Assembly (NCBI RefSeq): GCF_009914755.1
Contig: NC_060932.1
Source of the DNA: the human T2T-CHM13v2.0 reference genome, Homo sapiens
DNA length: 64,000 nt
Direction: 5' to 3' (one strand)
The first letter of the stretch is position 1. Every line of letters starts with the position of its first letter. Shown one piece after another: positions 1 to 16,297 of the stretch. The translations under genes were made by a program, and so were the position numbers. Under the pieces are notes generated by a model, which was not told the DNA's origin, did not search any database, and worked only from the letters and a program-made list of their open reading frames with translations.

Positions 1-1050
1 ATCAGTGTTTCCAGCAGCAAAAGCAATTGGAAAATCGCTTGTTTTGTTAGGTTCATTCTTCTCCCTTAGCGTAGTGTGGCATCAGCATGGTTATTATTCT
101 TAAATTGCCTCTTTAAAACAAGAGCTGGTGCTTCTTACAGGCAATTCCTAACTCTTGGGTTTTGTAGAGGGTCCAAAACTCTTTAGAACCTATAATTCAA
201 GGAAAGGCTCCACTTTGGTTTTGCATTTTGTCTGGTCTCTTTGGGTGACAGAATTTATGTCACAAGGTGCACATGTTTTGGGGAGGCTCATGGACAGCCC
301 ATCGCTCTTGTGCTTTGGTAGGAAATATGTGCAGTTATGGGGAAGGAGTTAGTTACTCATCTAGGGAACAATTGGGTAGAAAGAGATGGACTCCCTGTAT
401 TTGAAATTCAGAACTCAAGCTTGGCTCTAAGTGTTTCCTTGCTTTGCTGTGCTCCACGGGAGGCACTGAGCAGAAGGAAGCGAGTTGCCTGAGATTCCTC
501 AAAGCCCGCAGCCCTTTTGGAGGTTACATTGTTATTCTCAGAGCCTTTATGATACATAATAAAGACCTAGCTTGGACCAACATTAGGATGAGTTATCTTG
601 CTATTAACATTCTTTCAGGTAGAAGTTGCTTTTAGGTAGAAGTTGGTCCCATCTTGCTCACAATCCTCCAAAGCTTGGAAGTTACTTTCCAGGAGACTTA
701 GCTTGCACTGAGAGCCGCCCTCCCACCCTCTCTCCAAATTTCCTCTTGGGAGTAGCCTAACAAGGTGCTGTCCCAGACCCTTGCCAGCCACGATGACCCC
801 ACCCAGACCATCCCTCTGCTGTTTCACTCTTTGATATTCTCTGGAGCTCTCTGGGGAGGGGTGAGACCTGCTGTCTGGTTTGTACGGTTTGCCCAAGTCT
901 TACAGTCATGGCTGGCTGCCTCTCTCTGAGAACTGGGACTCCTGAACTTGGTGAAATGCCTCAGCCATTGATCATGTGAAATTATCGGTGACACTCATTT
1001 AAAATCCGAGTCTGCTCCAGATGGACTCTGACTCTTTCTGCCCTGACTAT

Positions 1051-1125
1051 GAGAGAGAGAGATCGTGAGAGACAGAGACCATGAGAAAGACCGTGAGAGA
1101 GAGACACAGAGCTAGAGAGAGAGAC
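1051..1125 (+). repeat. Imperfect (GA)n-rich simple repeat
   Basis: gagagagagagatcgtgagagacagagaccatgagaaagaccgtgagagagagac... Confidence 0.7.
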
Positions 1126-1984
1126 CGTGTCCTGACCTGCTGGACAGTGGAGATGCTTGTGGGCTGTGAGCAAGGGATGCAAAGGCTGCCGGGAATCCCA
1201 TCTTTCCAGCATCATCTGCCAAGGCACATCAGTTCCTGAGTGTCTTGATGGGTTCTGGCAGCATTACTGTCATTGAAGGAAAACATTTTAGCCATATTAA
1301 AGGTGAATGCAGCAAGCTACACACAGGCTGCCTGGAAGGGACGCGGGACAAGGGTGGGTTTTCCCTGTGATGGACAGGAGGCAGGCGGCCCTCCCACAGC
1401 CCTGCCTGGCAAAGCAGATGTGTCCCAAAAAGGCAATGGGGGCAGCTGGAGTGCTGTGCGGAGGCGGGCTCACCCGGGCCCTGGGTTCGCTCTGATTGCA
1501 GCGGTTTCCCGCCAGCTCCTTGGAGAGCTGGCAGATGACCCAGCCCCACAGCAGGAGCTGTGAATGGCAGAACGAGATACAACAATTTGATATCCACTTG
1601 CCAGATGAGCCGGGTGTCGTCAGTCGCCTGGCCCTGCGCCAACCTCTTTTTGCACAAACACTTATGAATTCAGCCAGGAGGAAAAGCACTCTGATTATGA
1701 ATTGAGCAGAAGGAAACAAAGTTCTGCGGATAAACACCAATGAGACAAAAAACCACGAATAAGAAAAATGACAGAAAAGGAGAACCTTCCCAGAAGCCTC
1801 CTGCCAGTGAACAGCCACCGTAGCAAGAGCTTGGAGGCCCTGGGTTTTGAACTGTGAGATAAGGAAGATGATGAAAACCTCCCTAGCAGCCAGGCAAGCA
1901 CAAGATTCCTGTAAAATCCAGGTCTAAGTGTTTTAACCACAGAAGTAATATTATGTCATAGGTGAGAGCTGTGAGTTGCTGAAC

Positions 1985-2180
1985 CCAAAGTGAGTTCAAA
2001 TCCGAGCTCTGCCTCCTGCTACCTGTGTGTCCTTGAGAAGTTCCAGCACTGCTTTGTGCCTCAGTTTTGTCATCTGTTAAATGGGCATAATCACAGCTCG
2101 TGCCTCAGAGTTGTTGTAAATTAATACATGTAAAGCACTGAAATCAGCCTGGTATACAGTTAGTGTTATGAACGTTATTT
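1985..2180 (+). mobile_element. MIR SINE
   Basis: gttcaaatccgagctctgcc...gtgcctcagttttgtcatctgttaaatggg...tgtaaagcactg MIR core. Confidence 0.8.
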
Positions 2181-2328
2181 TCTTGGAAGGACAGAACTTA
2201 TTTTCATGGTCTAAGCCTGAAAGTCTAAAAAATGTGAGAGAAGAGGAAAGAATCTAGAGTCTCACCATGAGGGAGAAAAGTCAACTTGAAGCAGGACAGG
2301 GTCATTGACAATTTCCTGTGATTCTACA

Positions 2329-2853
<525 letters not shown>

Positions 2854-2866
2854 GAATAGTCTATTG

Positions 2867-3377
2867 CAGTGGTCCCCAATTTTTTTTTAGCACCAAGGAC
2901 CAGTTTCCGTGTACTTGTTGGGGGGAAGTTTCAGGATGATTCAAGTGCATTACATTTATTGTGTACTTTATTTCTATTGTTATGAACATTATAATATATA
3001 ATGAAATCATTATACCACTCACCATAATGTAGAATCAGTGAGAGCCCTGAGCTTGTTTTCCTGCAACTAGATAATCCCATCTCCGGGTGGTGGGAGACAG
3101 TGACAGATCATCAGGTGTTAGATTCTCATAAGGAGCACACAACCTAGATCCCTTCCACATGCAGATCACAATAGGGTTGGTGCTCCTATCAGAATCTAAT
3201 GCCACTGCTGATCTGACAGGAGACAGAGCTCAGGCGGTAACGCTAGCCATGGGGAGCAGCTGTAAATACAGATGAAGCTTCACTCATTAGCTCACTGCTC
3301 ACCTCCTTCTGTGCAGCCCAGTTCCTAACAGGCCACAGACCGCTACTGGTCTGTGGTCTGGGGGATGGGGACCTCTG
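2867..3377 (+). mobile_element. MER1A hAT-Charlie MITE
   Basis: TIRs cagtggtcccca...tggggacctctg; perfect 8-bp TSD gtctattg at 2859-2866 and 3378-3385. Confidence 0.9.
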
Positions 3378-3464
3378 GTCTATTGGATAACACTAGCTTT
3401 GAGGGTACTGATCAGCCAAAGAAGCACTGAGATGATTTGTCCTCCATTAATAAGAATGATGGAC

Positions 3465-3762
<298 letters not shown>

Positions 3763-3779
3763 AGATGGACTTTTTTGGA

Positions 3780-3950
3780 GCATTTAGTTCCAAGCACCTT
3801 CCCTGCATTTTCTCAGTTAATCCTCCCAGTGACTCTTTGAAGCAGGGACTATGACAATCGTCATTTCACAGATGGAGCAACTGAGGCACAGAGAGGAAGT
3901 CAATGGCCACGGTCGCCCAGCTGAGGAAGGATGGAGCTGGCTGAGATCCT
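3780..3950 (-). mobile_element. MIR SINE
   Basis: catttcacagatggagcaactgaggcacagagagg core. Confidence 0.7.
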
Positions 3951-4464
3951 GTTCTGGGGATCTAACTCTGCAGCCTGCATTCTGGGCTGCTGTATTCTCC
4001 CTTGTTGCTATCTGACGAGCACAGCATGGGCTCAGAGTACAGACAGGAGGAACCAGCTAATAAGGAGAGGTCTAGGGTGCAGGCTGGTGCCTTGGGGAAG
4101 AAGAGAGAGGTCCCATTCTAGAGGGATGGCATTGGAAGTTCATAGTGATAAAACAAAGCCAACAGGTTTTGGGGCTGAGAGTTAAACACACAGCTCTGGT
4201 TTCTGCCTTTTCACAGTGGTATGAATGAGCACTGAGAGCCTCTCGAGCTAAAGTTGTCATCATTGCTCTTCATAGTCTGAAGGTGCATGAAATGGTCAAC
4301 TTTCTTCCAAAGGGCTTTTATGCCTAAGTCTGTGGTTAGTGTATAAACAGATATTTACTGAAGTCCTGCTGGGTGCAGACACTGTGGCCAGCCCTGAGGC
4401 TACAGTTGAGATGAAGCTAGTCTCTGTCCTCATGGAGACCTGTCTATTGATAAGAAAAGAGAAA

Positions 4465-4630
4465 GCTCACTGAGCATTGACCCTGTGCCCACTGCTTTTG
4501 ATACATCTCTCATTTAATCCTTCTATCAAATCTGTGAAATAAACACATCACCATCATCCTATTTCACATTTAGGGAAACATATGCTTAGAGAGGGTAAGT
4601 AACTTGGTCAAGGTCACACAGCTTCGATCT
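4465..4630 (-). mobile_element. MIR SINE
   Basis: catttaatcct...gcttagagagggtaagtaacttggtcaaggtcacacagc. Confidence 0.7.
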
Positions 4631-4692
4631 CTCATCCCACAGGCGCAGGAATGGGAGGCAGCAGCTGGGGAAGCCAGAGTCTCTGGCAGTCC

Positions 4693-4840
4693 TTGTCTCT
4701 GGGCGGTGATCCAGAGAGAGAGAGAACACGATTGTCTCAGCACTGGGTCTTCTTCTGAGTCGTCTTGAAGGAGCAATTCCAGAGCGTCTCGGTGTTAAAC
4801 ATCATGTTGTGAATGACTCAGTGATCTCTGACCCAGAGAC
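4693..4840 (-). pseudogene. ENPP7-like pseudogene, exon 2
   Basis: Polypyrimidine tract and AAG| acceptor at 4841/4840, in phase with exon 1. Translates (G)LWVRDH*VIHNMMFNTETLWNCSFKTTQKKTQC*DNRVL..WITAQRQ versus ENPP7 GKYIENHGVVHNMYYN...WWDNGSVPIWITAQRQ. It has two stops, a +2 (CT)n slip at ~4714-4724, and no GT donor after RQ. Confidence 0.88.
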
Positions 4841-4937
4841 CTTGGGGATAAAGGAGGGGAGGTACGGAGAACCCGTTTGAATGAATGTTACCGGGGTGTC
4901 AGTGTTCTTTGAGGCCACAGGCCATGTGTCACCAAAT

Positions 4938-5961
4938 TGAAGGGGTGGCCTGCCCCTCCACACCTGTGGGTATTTCTAGTCGGGTGGGATGAGAGACGGA
5001 GAAAAGAAATAAGACACAGAGAGAAAGTACAGGGAAACAACAGTGGGTCCAGGGGACCGGCACTCAGCACACCAGGATTTGTACGTGCACTGGCCTCTGA
5101 GTTCCCTCAGTTTTTATTGATTATGATTTTCATTATTTCAGCAAACAGGAATGTAATAGGAGAGCAGGGTGATAATAAGGAGAAGGTCAACAAAAAACAT
5201 GTGAGCAAAAGAATCTATATCATAATTAAGTTCAAGGGAAGGTACTATGACTGGACTTGCACGTAGGCCAGATTTATGTTTCTCTCCACCCAAACATCTC
5301 AGTGGAGTAAAGAATAACAAGGCAGCGTTACTGCAACATGTCTCGCCTCCCGCCACAGGGCAGCTTTTCTCCTAGCTCAGACTTGAACAAATGTACAATC
5401 GGGTTTCCACCGAGACATTCAGTTCCCAGGGGCAAGCAGGAGATAGTGGTCTTCCTCCATCTCAACTGCAAGAGGCTTTCCTCTTTTCCTAATCCGCCTC
5501 AGCACAGACCCTTTACGGGTGTCAGGCTGGGGGACAGTCAGGTCTTTCTCATCCCACGAGGCCATATTTCAGACTATCACATGGGGAGAAACCTTGGACA
5601 ACACCCTGCTTTCAAGGGCAGGGCTCCCTGCGGCTTTCCACGGTGCATTGTTCCCGTGGTTTATTGTGACTAGAGAATGGCAATGACTTTTACCAAGTAT
5701 ACTGCTTGTAAATATTTGGTTAACAAGGCACGTCCTGCACAGCCCTAGATCCCTCAAACCTTGATTTTATACAACACATGTTTTTGTGAACTCCAAGTTG
5801 GGGCAAAGTGACTGGGGCAAAGTGGCTGGGGCAAAGCTACAAATGAACAACATCTCAGCAAAGCAATTGTTAGAGTACAGGTCTTTTTCAAAATGGAGTC
5901 TCTTATGTCTTCCCTTTCTACATAGACACAGTGACAGTCTGATCTGTCTCTTTTCCCTACA
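4938..5961 (-). mobile_element. HERV-K 3' LTR (LTR5A-like)
   Basis: TG...CA ends; AATAAA at 5118-5113; preceded by PPT aaaaagaaaagcgggaaa (5962-5979). Confidence 0.95.
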
Positions 5962-5998
5962 TTTCCCGCTTTTCTTTTTGACAAAACCGCCATGGTCA

Positions 5999-6055
5999 TC
6001 ATGGCCCCTTCTCCCTGGTCGCTGTCTCTCCGGAGCTGCTGGATACACCTGTAGA
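5999..6055 (-). CDS. rec: HERV-K Rec, coding exon B (18 codons + stop)
   Basis: Acceptor TTGTTAG| then [18 protein letters not shown]; total 105 aa. Confidence 0.7.
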   Translation of the reverse strand, partial: STGVSSSSGETATREKGP

Positions 6056-7757
6056 CTAACAATAGAGAGGACAGACATACAAGAATTAATACAAAATTTG
6101 CAATAGTGGAATTTCCAATGGTTTTAACCCAAGTGACAGGGTTAAGATTTGTGAGGCTATCAACAGCTTTTACCATTGCCTCCGTTTCTGACACCAGATT
6201 TAACTGGGCTTTTGATGTTTCAAAAATTTGTTCTTTCAATTTAGAAATATCTAAGGTAAGATTATCTTCTCTTCCTTGTAGATGGCTTCTAACCATGTCC
6301 CAGTGCTGTTCAGATTCATTACAGGCTCGAGGTGTAATAGAAAAATCTGACATATTCCAGTCACACTGTAACTGAAAAAGATATTCTAAGCTCATGAGCC
6401 TATCTCCCATCCAAATAACAGTTTGTCTAAGATCATTAATTTGATTTGCCAATTTTTGACCTGTTTGAGTCTAAGAATTCCTCAATTTTGAGGAATTCTT
6501 TTGCCAATTATTCACATATTCTGCAGTTTGAACAGAGGAGTGTAAAGCAATTCCAGCAGCCGCAGCAGTAGCTGTGACTGCAATAAGACCCATAATCACT
6601 GCAATCAAAGTAAAAATGAATCTTTTAAATCTAATTAGAACTCCTTTTAATACTTAAGGTATGTACGGATGGAGAAGCCTCCCATGGTCGATCCATGGAC
6701 ACAGGGATCCACACGCCTTCTCTTGCCCTTACTAACAGAATAGCATTCTGCCAATCGAAAGTTGAATCAATGCAAGTAAACAATCTACAATTTTCACTGG
6801 TTGTAGTTTGGGAATCTGGTTTAATAGCTATGTTTTCTACAACTAGCATATAAGGGGGTTTTACACAACTTTGCAAAGGAATTTTCAGATTGGAATTTAG
6901 GTTAATAGTTAATATGGCTTATGATTTCTTGTTCCCATAACTTGATTTCCAGACCAAATTCTAATGTGGTACGAGGCCACAGTGAGCTTCCATAATTCTG
7001 GGTGTTCAGGACCAAAAACAGGACTAACTAACTTTGGTCGGGGTGATGAAATCCTCTTTTCACCCCATTTCCATGGATAGGGTGATTCTAGCCTTCTATA
7101 AACCTGGTCTAGCCTTTTAGTTAAATCACTATCACAGGCCGGATTAGTGGGCCAGACACATGGGGCCTGTGAACATGAGTGGGTCTGGCCCATACAGTCA
7201 TAATATAATTGGCCTTGAGGGGCCTAGTCTATAATAGTTTCAAATTTATTGTTTTGTAGTACCACTGCAGTATCAGCCACACATTCTTCCCAAACTAAGA
7301 CTACTGGGTCTTTTGATTCTTTTGGAATTTCCTTGGGGCATGGTTTCCCTTTAGGCCTAAATTTTAATGATCTTTGATAGGAAGAATTCTGTAAATTATT
7401 CATTTGTGACCTGAGCGACATTCCTCTTATCATATGATAAGTAAATTTACTGGTGGCACTGACAGTAGGTACTTCTATCAACCAAGTTTGGATTGTAGGC
7501 ATTAAGCATCCTGGTGCTTTTCCCAGGCAAATAGGAGGATAATGATACCCAATGGAAATGTTTATCATCATTCCTTTTTCTTCAGGTTGGGCAGGGCCAC
7601 GGTCATCTGTGGGGCCTGGTACCCATGCACTGTTATTAACATATACTTCAATAGGATTATCTATCCAAGTGACTGCTCGAATTAAGGGTGGGAAAATCAC
7701 ATAGGCCCAGTAAGTATAGTTAGCTGTAGCGGCTCCTGAAGACATAGGGAGACTTAC

Positions 7758-7989
7758 CACCGCTGATACAATCATTAAATCTGCAAGTAGCATATTCTCT
7801 GGAGTTTGTGTTACCCTTGTGTTTTCCAGGCTTTTTTCAGCTAACTGTGTCAGCTTCTTTAGCTGGGCCCAGGTCGGCGGCCCCACTTTCTTGGTGGATG
7901 GCAACTTCATCTGTTCTTCTGATATCACCATTTCGTTCACCCTGCGAGTCGATGATGTTCGATTGCGGGTTCTCTGTCTCTGCGGAGGT

Positions 7990-8018
<29 letters not shown>
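7758..8018 (-). CDS. rec: HERV-K Rec, coding exon A (87 codons)
   Basis: 261 nt open from the env ATG to donor GTG|GTAAGT at 7758/7757; [13 protein letters not shown] present. Confidence 0.7.
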
Positions 8019-11400
<3,382 letters not shown>

Positions 11401-11419
11401 CTGATTTCCTGAAATGGTG

Positions 11420-11615
11420 GTATTTACTGTGGGGGTTGTTGTCCCTGAAAACCCTGAGGAACAAATGGCTGAATCGGGAATGCCCCACTTTGTTGCGGGG
11501 CCTGGGGCTGGCCCCTCTTGCCGTTTCCCGACAATGGTTGTCCATTTTTATCAAATTTAGAACGACATGCCTTAGCCCAATGTTTTCCTTTTCCACATCT
11601 TGGACACAGGCCAGG

Positions 11616-11655
<40 letters not shown>

Positions 11656-13289
11656 TATTTAAGCTCGGGCAATTCTTTTTTAGATGACCGATTTGACCAC
11701 AATTATAACATTTTCCCCCAAATGTTTTAACTTGTCCTCCTATAGCAACCCCTGTAATTGCTTGAGCCAATGGCATTGCCTTATGCATAGCTCCTCCAAT
11801 CCCATCACAAGCCTTCACATATTCTGTAATTACATCAACTCCTGCTGAAACATTTCCTCTTAATGGCTTTATGGCTGATTGACACTCTGAATTTGCGTTT
11901 TGATAAGCCATTATTTCTACAATAACTTTTCGGGCGTTACCTGCAATGGATTTTTGAGCTGCATCTTGCAACCTTGCCACAAAGTCTGGATATGGCTCTT
12001 TAGAGCCTTGTCTGATTGAACTAAAAGAAGGGCATGAGGTTCCTGGGTCCTGAATGTTTTCCCAGGCCCTGAGGCAAATAGCCCTTACAGTTGTTCAATA
12101 GCCTCATTTTCATTACTGATTGTTGGTTAATAGTGTCCCAGTTTGGACCTCTTCCTAGCAATTGGTCTTCATCTATATAAGCAACAGGATTAGTAGCCTG
12201 ATTTTTTCGTACCTGTTCTTGTACCCCATCAATCCACCAGGTTTTAAACTGGAGATACTGAGAGGGTGAAAGGGAAGATATAGCCAGAATTTCCCAATCA
12301 TAAGAAATAAGTCTATTTCCATGAGCAATGGAATTTAATAATATTCTCGTATAAGGAGAGTTAGGTCCATATTGTTTAACTCCTGCTTGACTCCCTTTCC
12401 CGGCCGGCATCGGTTGTAACATTACCGGATATTGCCATGCCTCAAGATCTCCCTGTTTTCTGGCTGTAGCAATGGTCTCATGCAGTGCACTATCTTGTCC
12501 ACTAGGTGGTACCGTAAGATCAAACGCCATCGCCGTGGGTTGATATAGTGCCTTGCTATTTGGCACAGGACGCACCGCCTGAGATCCATACTGAACCTCT
12601 GGAGACGGCGGATACTGAAATGCGGCTGGCGGCTGGTGTTGATAAACTACCGATGGTTGGGTTTTATTTTCTACTGGCTGGTATTGCGGATACTGTGCCT
12701 GGATTGGCATTTGAGATTGTGACATCACAGGCATCTGAACCGCGGGAGAAGGAGTTGGTGGCCATCGTGGTCTAAACTCTGATGGTCCAAATAATTCTGG
12801 ACCTCCTTCCCCCAATTTTGATGATTCAGGATATATTACCTCCTGTAATTGATTATAGTCAACATTCTGCATTGACCAAGTCAGTACAGGCTCTACTGCA
12901 TTTTTACAATGTGAACTTTCCATTCCTTTCTTAAACTCTGTTCCTGCCTCTTCTTCACAATCTATTACACAGCTTTCAGGGGCATCAAAGACTGAAACCC
13001 TATCTTCTTCTATTTGAAGTTGTTCTAAAGTTGCTTTAATAGTGGCCCAATCACTCCATACTGTAAGTGGGATGATTTTACCTTCCCTAATTGCTTGTTT
13101 TAGTTCTTTGCCAATTTTTTCCCAATCTTTTAAATCTAAAGTTCCCTTTTCTGGAAACCATGGGCGGAATTGTTCTATTGTTTGAAATAGCGTAACTAGA
13201 TTTTCTGTAGAAGCTTTAACTCCCCCTCTTCTTAAGAGAATTTTAATGAAGCTGAGATAAGAAGCATATTTACTTTCAGTTTGCCCCAT
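11420..13289 (-). pseudogene. gag: HERV-K gag, frameshifted
   Basis: ATG at 13289 gives MGQTESKYASYLSFIKILL; CA segment VKQYGPNSPY; zinc knuckles CYNCGQIGHLKKNC and [14 protein letters not shown] in different frames; frameshift near 12100 and an A28 run at 11622-11649. Confidence 0.92.
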
Positions 13290-13412
13290 TGTTATCCTGG
13301 ATTCCTCCCAGCACACAAGCTAACCGCAAGGCTGACTGTGGACGTACTCGGGAATCTCTCATCGGCTGTACTCAATGCTCACGTTCTTAGCGTACCTTCA
13401 CCCTAGAGAAGG

Positions 13413-13430
13413 GCCCCACGCTGGGCTCCA
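13413..13430 (-). promoter_or_regulatory. HERV-K primer binding site (tRNA-Lys type, mutated)
   Basis: TGGAGCCCAGCGTGGGGC located 2 nt after the 5' LTR. Confidence 0.85.
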
Positions 13431-13432
13431 GA

Positions 13433-14458
13433 TGAAGGGGTGGTCTGCCCCTCCACACCTGTGGGTATTTCTAGTCAGGTGGGATGAGAGACGGAGAAAA
13501 GAAATAAGACACAGAGACAAAGTATAGAGAAACATCAGTGGGTCCAGGGGACCGGCACTCAGCACACCAAGGACATGCACAGGCACCGGCCTCTGAGTTC
13601 CCTCAGTTTTTATTGATTATGATTTTCATTATTTCAGCAAAAAGGAATATACTAGGAAAGCAGGGTGATAATAAGGAGGTCAACAAAAAACATGTGAGCA
13701 AAAGAATCTATATCATAATTAAGTTCAAGGGAAGGTACTATGACTGGACGTGTACGTAAGCCAGATTTATGTTTCTCTCCACCCAAAAATCTCAGTGGAG
13801 TAAAGAATAACAAGGCAGCATTGCTGCAAACATGTCTTGCCTCCCATCACAGGGCAGCTTTTCTCCGATCTCAGACTTAAACAAATGTACAATCGGGTTT
13901 ACATCGAGACTTTGAGTTCCCAGGGGCAGGCAGGAGACAGTGGCCTTCCTCCATCTCAACTGCAAGAGGCTTTCCTCTTTTACTAATTCACCTCACCACA
14001 GACCCTTTATGGGTATCGGGCTGGGGGACAGTCAGGTCTTTCTCATCCCACGAGGCCATATTTCAGATTATCACATGGGGAGAAACCTTGGACAATACCC
14101 TGCTTTCAAGGGCAGAGGTCCCTGCGGCTTTCCACAGTGTATTGTGCCCCTGGTTTATTGAGACTAGAGAATGGCAATGACTTTTACCAAGTATACTGCT
14201 TGTAAACATTTGGTTAACAAGGCACATCCTGCACAGCCCTAGATCCTTCAAACCTTGATTTTATACAACACATGTTTTTGTGAACTCCAAGTTGGGTCAA
14301 AGTGGTTGGGGCAAAGTGGCTGGGGCAAAGCTACAAATGAACAACATCTCTGCAAAGCAATTGTTTTAAGTACAGATCTTTTTCAAAATGGAGTCTCTTA
14401 TGTCTTCCCTTTCGACATAGACACAGTGACAGTCGGATCTCTCTTTCTTTTCCCTACA
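13433..14458 (-). mobile_element. HERV-K 5' LTR (LTR5A-like)
   Basis: Direct repeat of 4938-5961, followed by the PBS. Confidence 0.95.
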
Positions 14459-14674
14459 CAAATAAAGAGCCCAGTGCCTTTTCTCATTGCTCAAGAGATT
14501 GAAGGGGTAGGAAGAAAAGATGTTAAGTTATAAACATGTTTCAGTTTTGGTACCACTTGAGCCAATTTATGTTTTGAAGAGGAAAGGGTCTTGCCTACTA
14601 AGTCAGTCCCTGGGTTTTCCTTCTGCTTATGGAATCCAGGCAATGGGCAAAGAGAAAAAGAAAACTAAGGAATC

Positions 14675-14988
14675 AGCCAGATGCAGTGGCTCATGCTTGT
14701 AATCTTGGCCCTTTGGGAGGTTGAGGCAGGCGGACTTCTTGAGTCCAGGAGTTCAAGACCAGCCTGGCCCACATAGCGAGACCCCGTTTCTACAAAAAAT
14801 ACAAAAAGGTGCTGAGCATAGTGGCATGCACCTGTAGTTCCAGTTACTTGGGAGGCTGAGGTGGGAGAACTACTTCAGCCCAGGAGGTTGAGGCTGCAGT
14901 GAGCCATGATTGTGCCACTATACTCCAGCCTGGGTGACAGAGTGAGGTCCTGTCTCAAAAGAAAACAAAAAAGATAAGAAAAAGAAAA
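14675..14988 (+). mobile_element. AluJ
   Basis: Alu with TSD aaaagaaaacta(a/g)ggaatc. Confidence 0.92.
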
Positions 14989-15078
14989 CTAGGGAATCTG
15001 GACAGAATAAGTTTATATATATAATAAAGAACTGAGATAGAACTGGGTTGACTGAATAATTATTTGAGTTGCTTTTGA

Positions 15079-15457
<379 letters not shown>

Positions 15458-16297
15458 TAGAGTCTACCATTCTTTGAATTCACTGCAGTGCAAAGACTGG
15501 AACATGTGGAACTCCAGGTGTATATGGGTTATGTAGAGATGCTAGGGGCAGATTAAGGAAGGAAAGATATGAGAAGCCTGCAGAGCATGCTTTCCCAGAC
15601 TGTATGGGCCCTGGGAAAGGAGAAGTGGACAGAAAGGGAGCACTAGGTACCCTGGAAGAGAAGATTCATCCAAGTCATCAGGGAAGTTACTAATGCAAGG
15701 GAAAAAATTTAGAGACAGGGCCAGCCACGCTTCTTCCAAGTCCTTTCTGTCTGCTCAGTCACCTCTATGCTTATTTTTCTTCTTTCCTCTAAGTAGTGTC
15801 ATGCGTTTTCTTCCTATTCCTAGTCGCTCCTAGTCAACTAACTCCTCTCTTTACCATCTTTTCATCAGAACTTGAAACCTCCTCTCCTTCATGTATTAGT
15901 GATCATGTTTCTCCATAATACTGCTAGAAACAAGAATTGAAACCTGGAAAACCTGCATTTGAGAACCAGATCTCCCTCTGCTAGCTATTTGAGAAGTTAT
16001 TTTGTTCCATTCTTTTTGTTGTTGTCGAAACAGGGTCTCACTCTGTTGCCCAGGCTAGAGTGCAGTGGTTCAATCTTGGCTCACTGCAGCCTCAATCTCC
16101 TGGGCTCAATCAATCCTTCCACATCAGCCTCCTGAGTAGCTGAAACTACAGGTGTGTGCCACCACAGCTGGCTAATTTTTAATGCTTTTTTTTTGTTTAC
16201 TTATTTTTTTTTTTTGTAGAGATGGTGTCTTGCTATGTTGTGTAGGCTGGTCTCAAACACATGGGCTCAAGCGATCCTCCTGCCTTGGCCTCTCAGA

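Noticed and set aside
615-896. ORF with YKPDSRSHPSPESSREYQRVKQ, superficially like ENPP7 exon 3 (GEPDSTGHRYGPESPERREMVRQ), on the right strand downstream of exon 2
   Set aside because: Flanking motifs (GSFFYPGG, IITSDHG) and a splice acceptor were not found, and the DNA match is poor. Treated as chance unless TBLASTN says otherwise.
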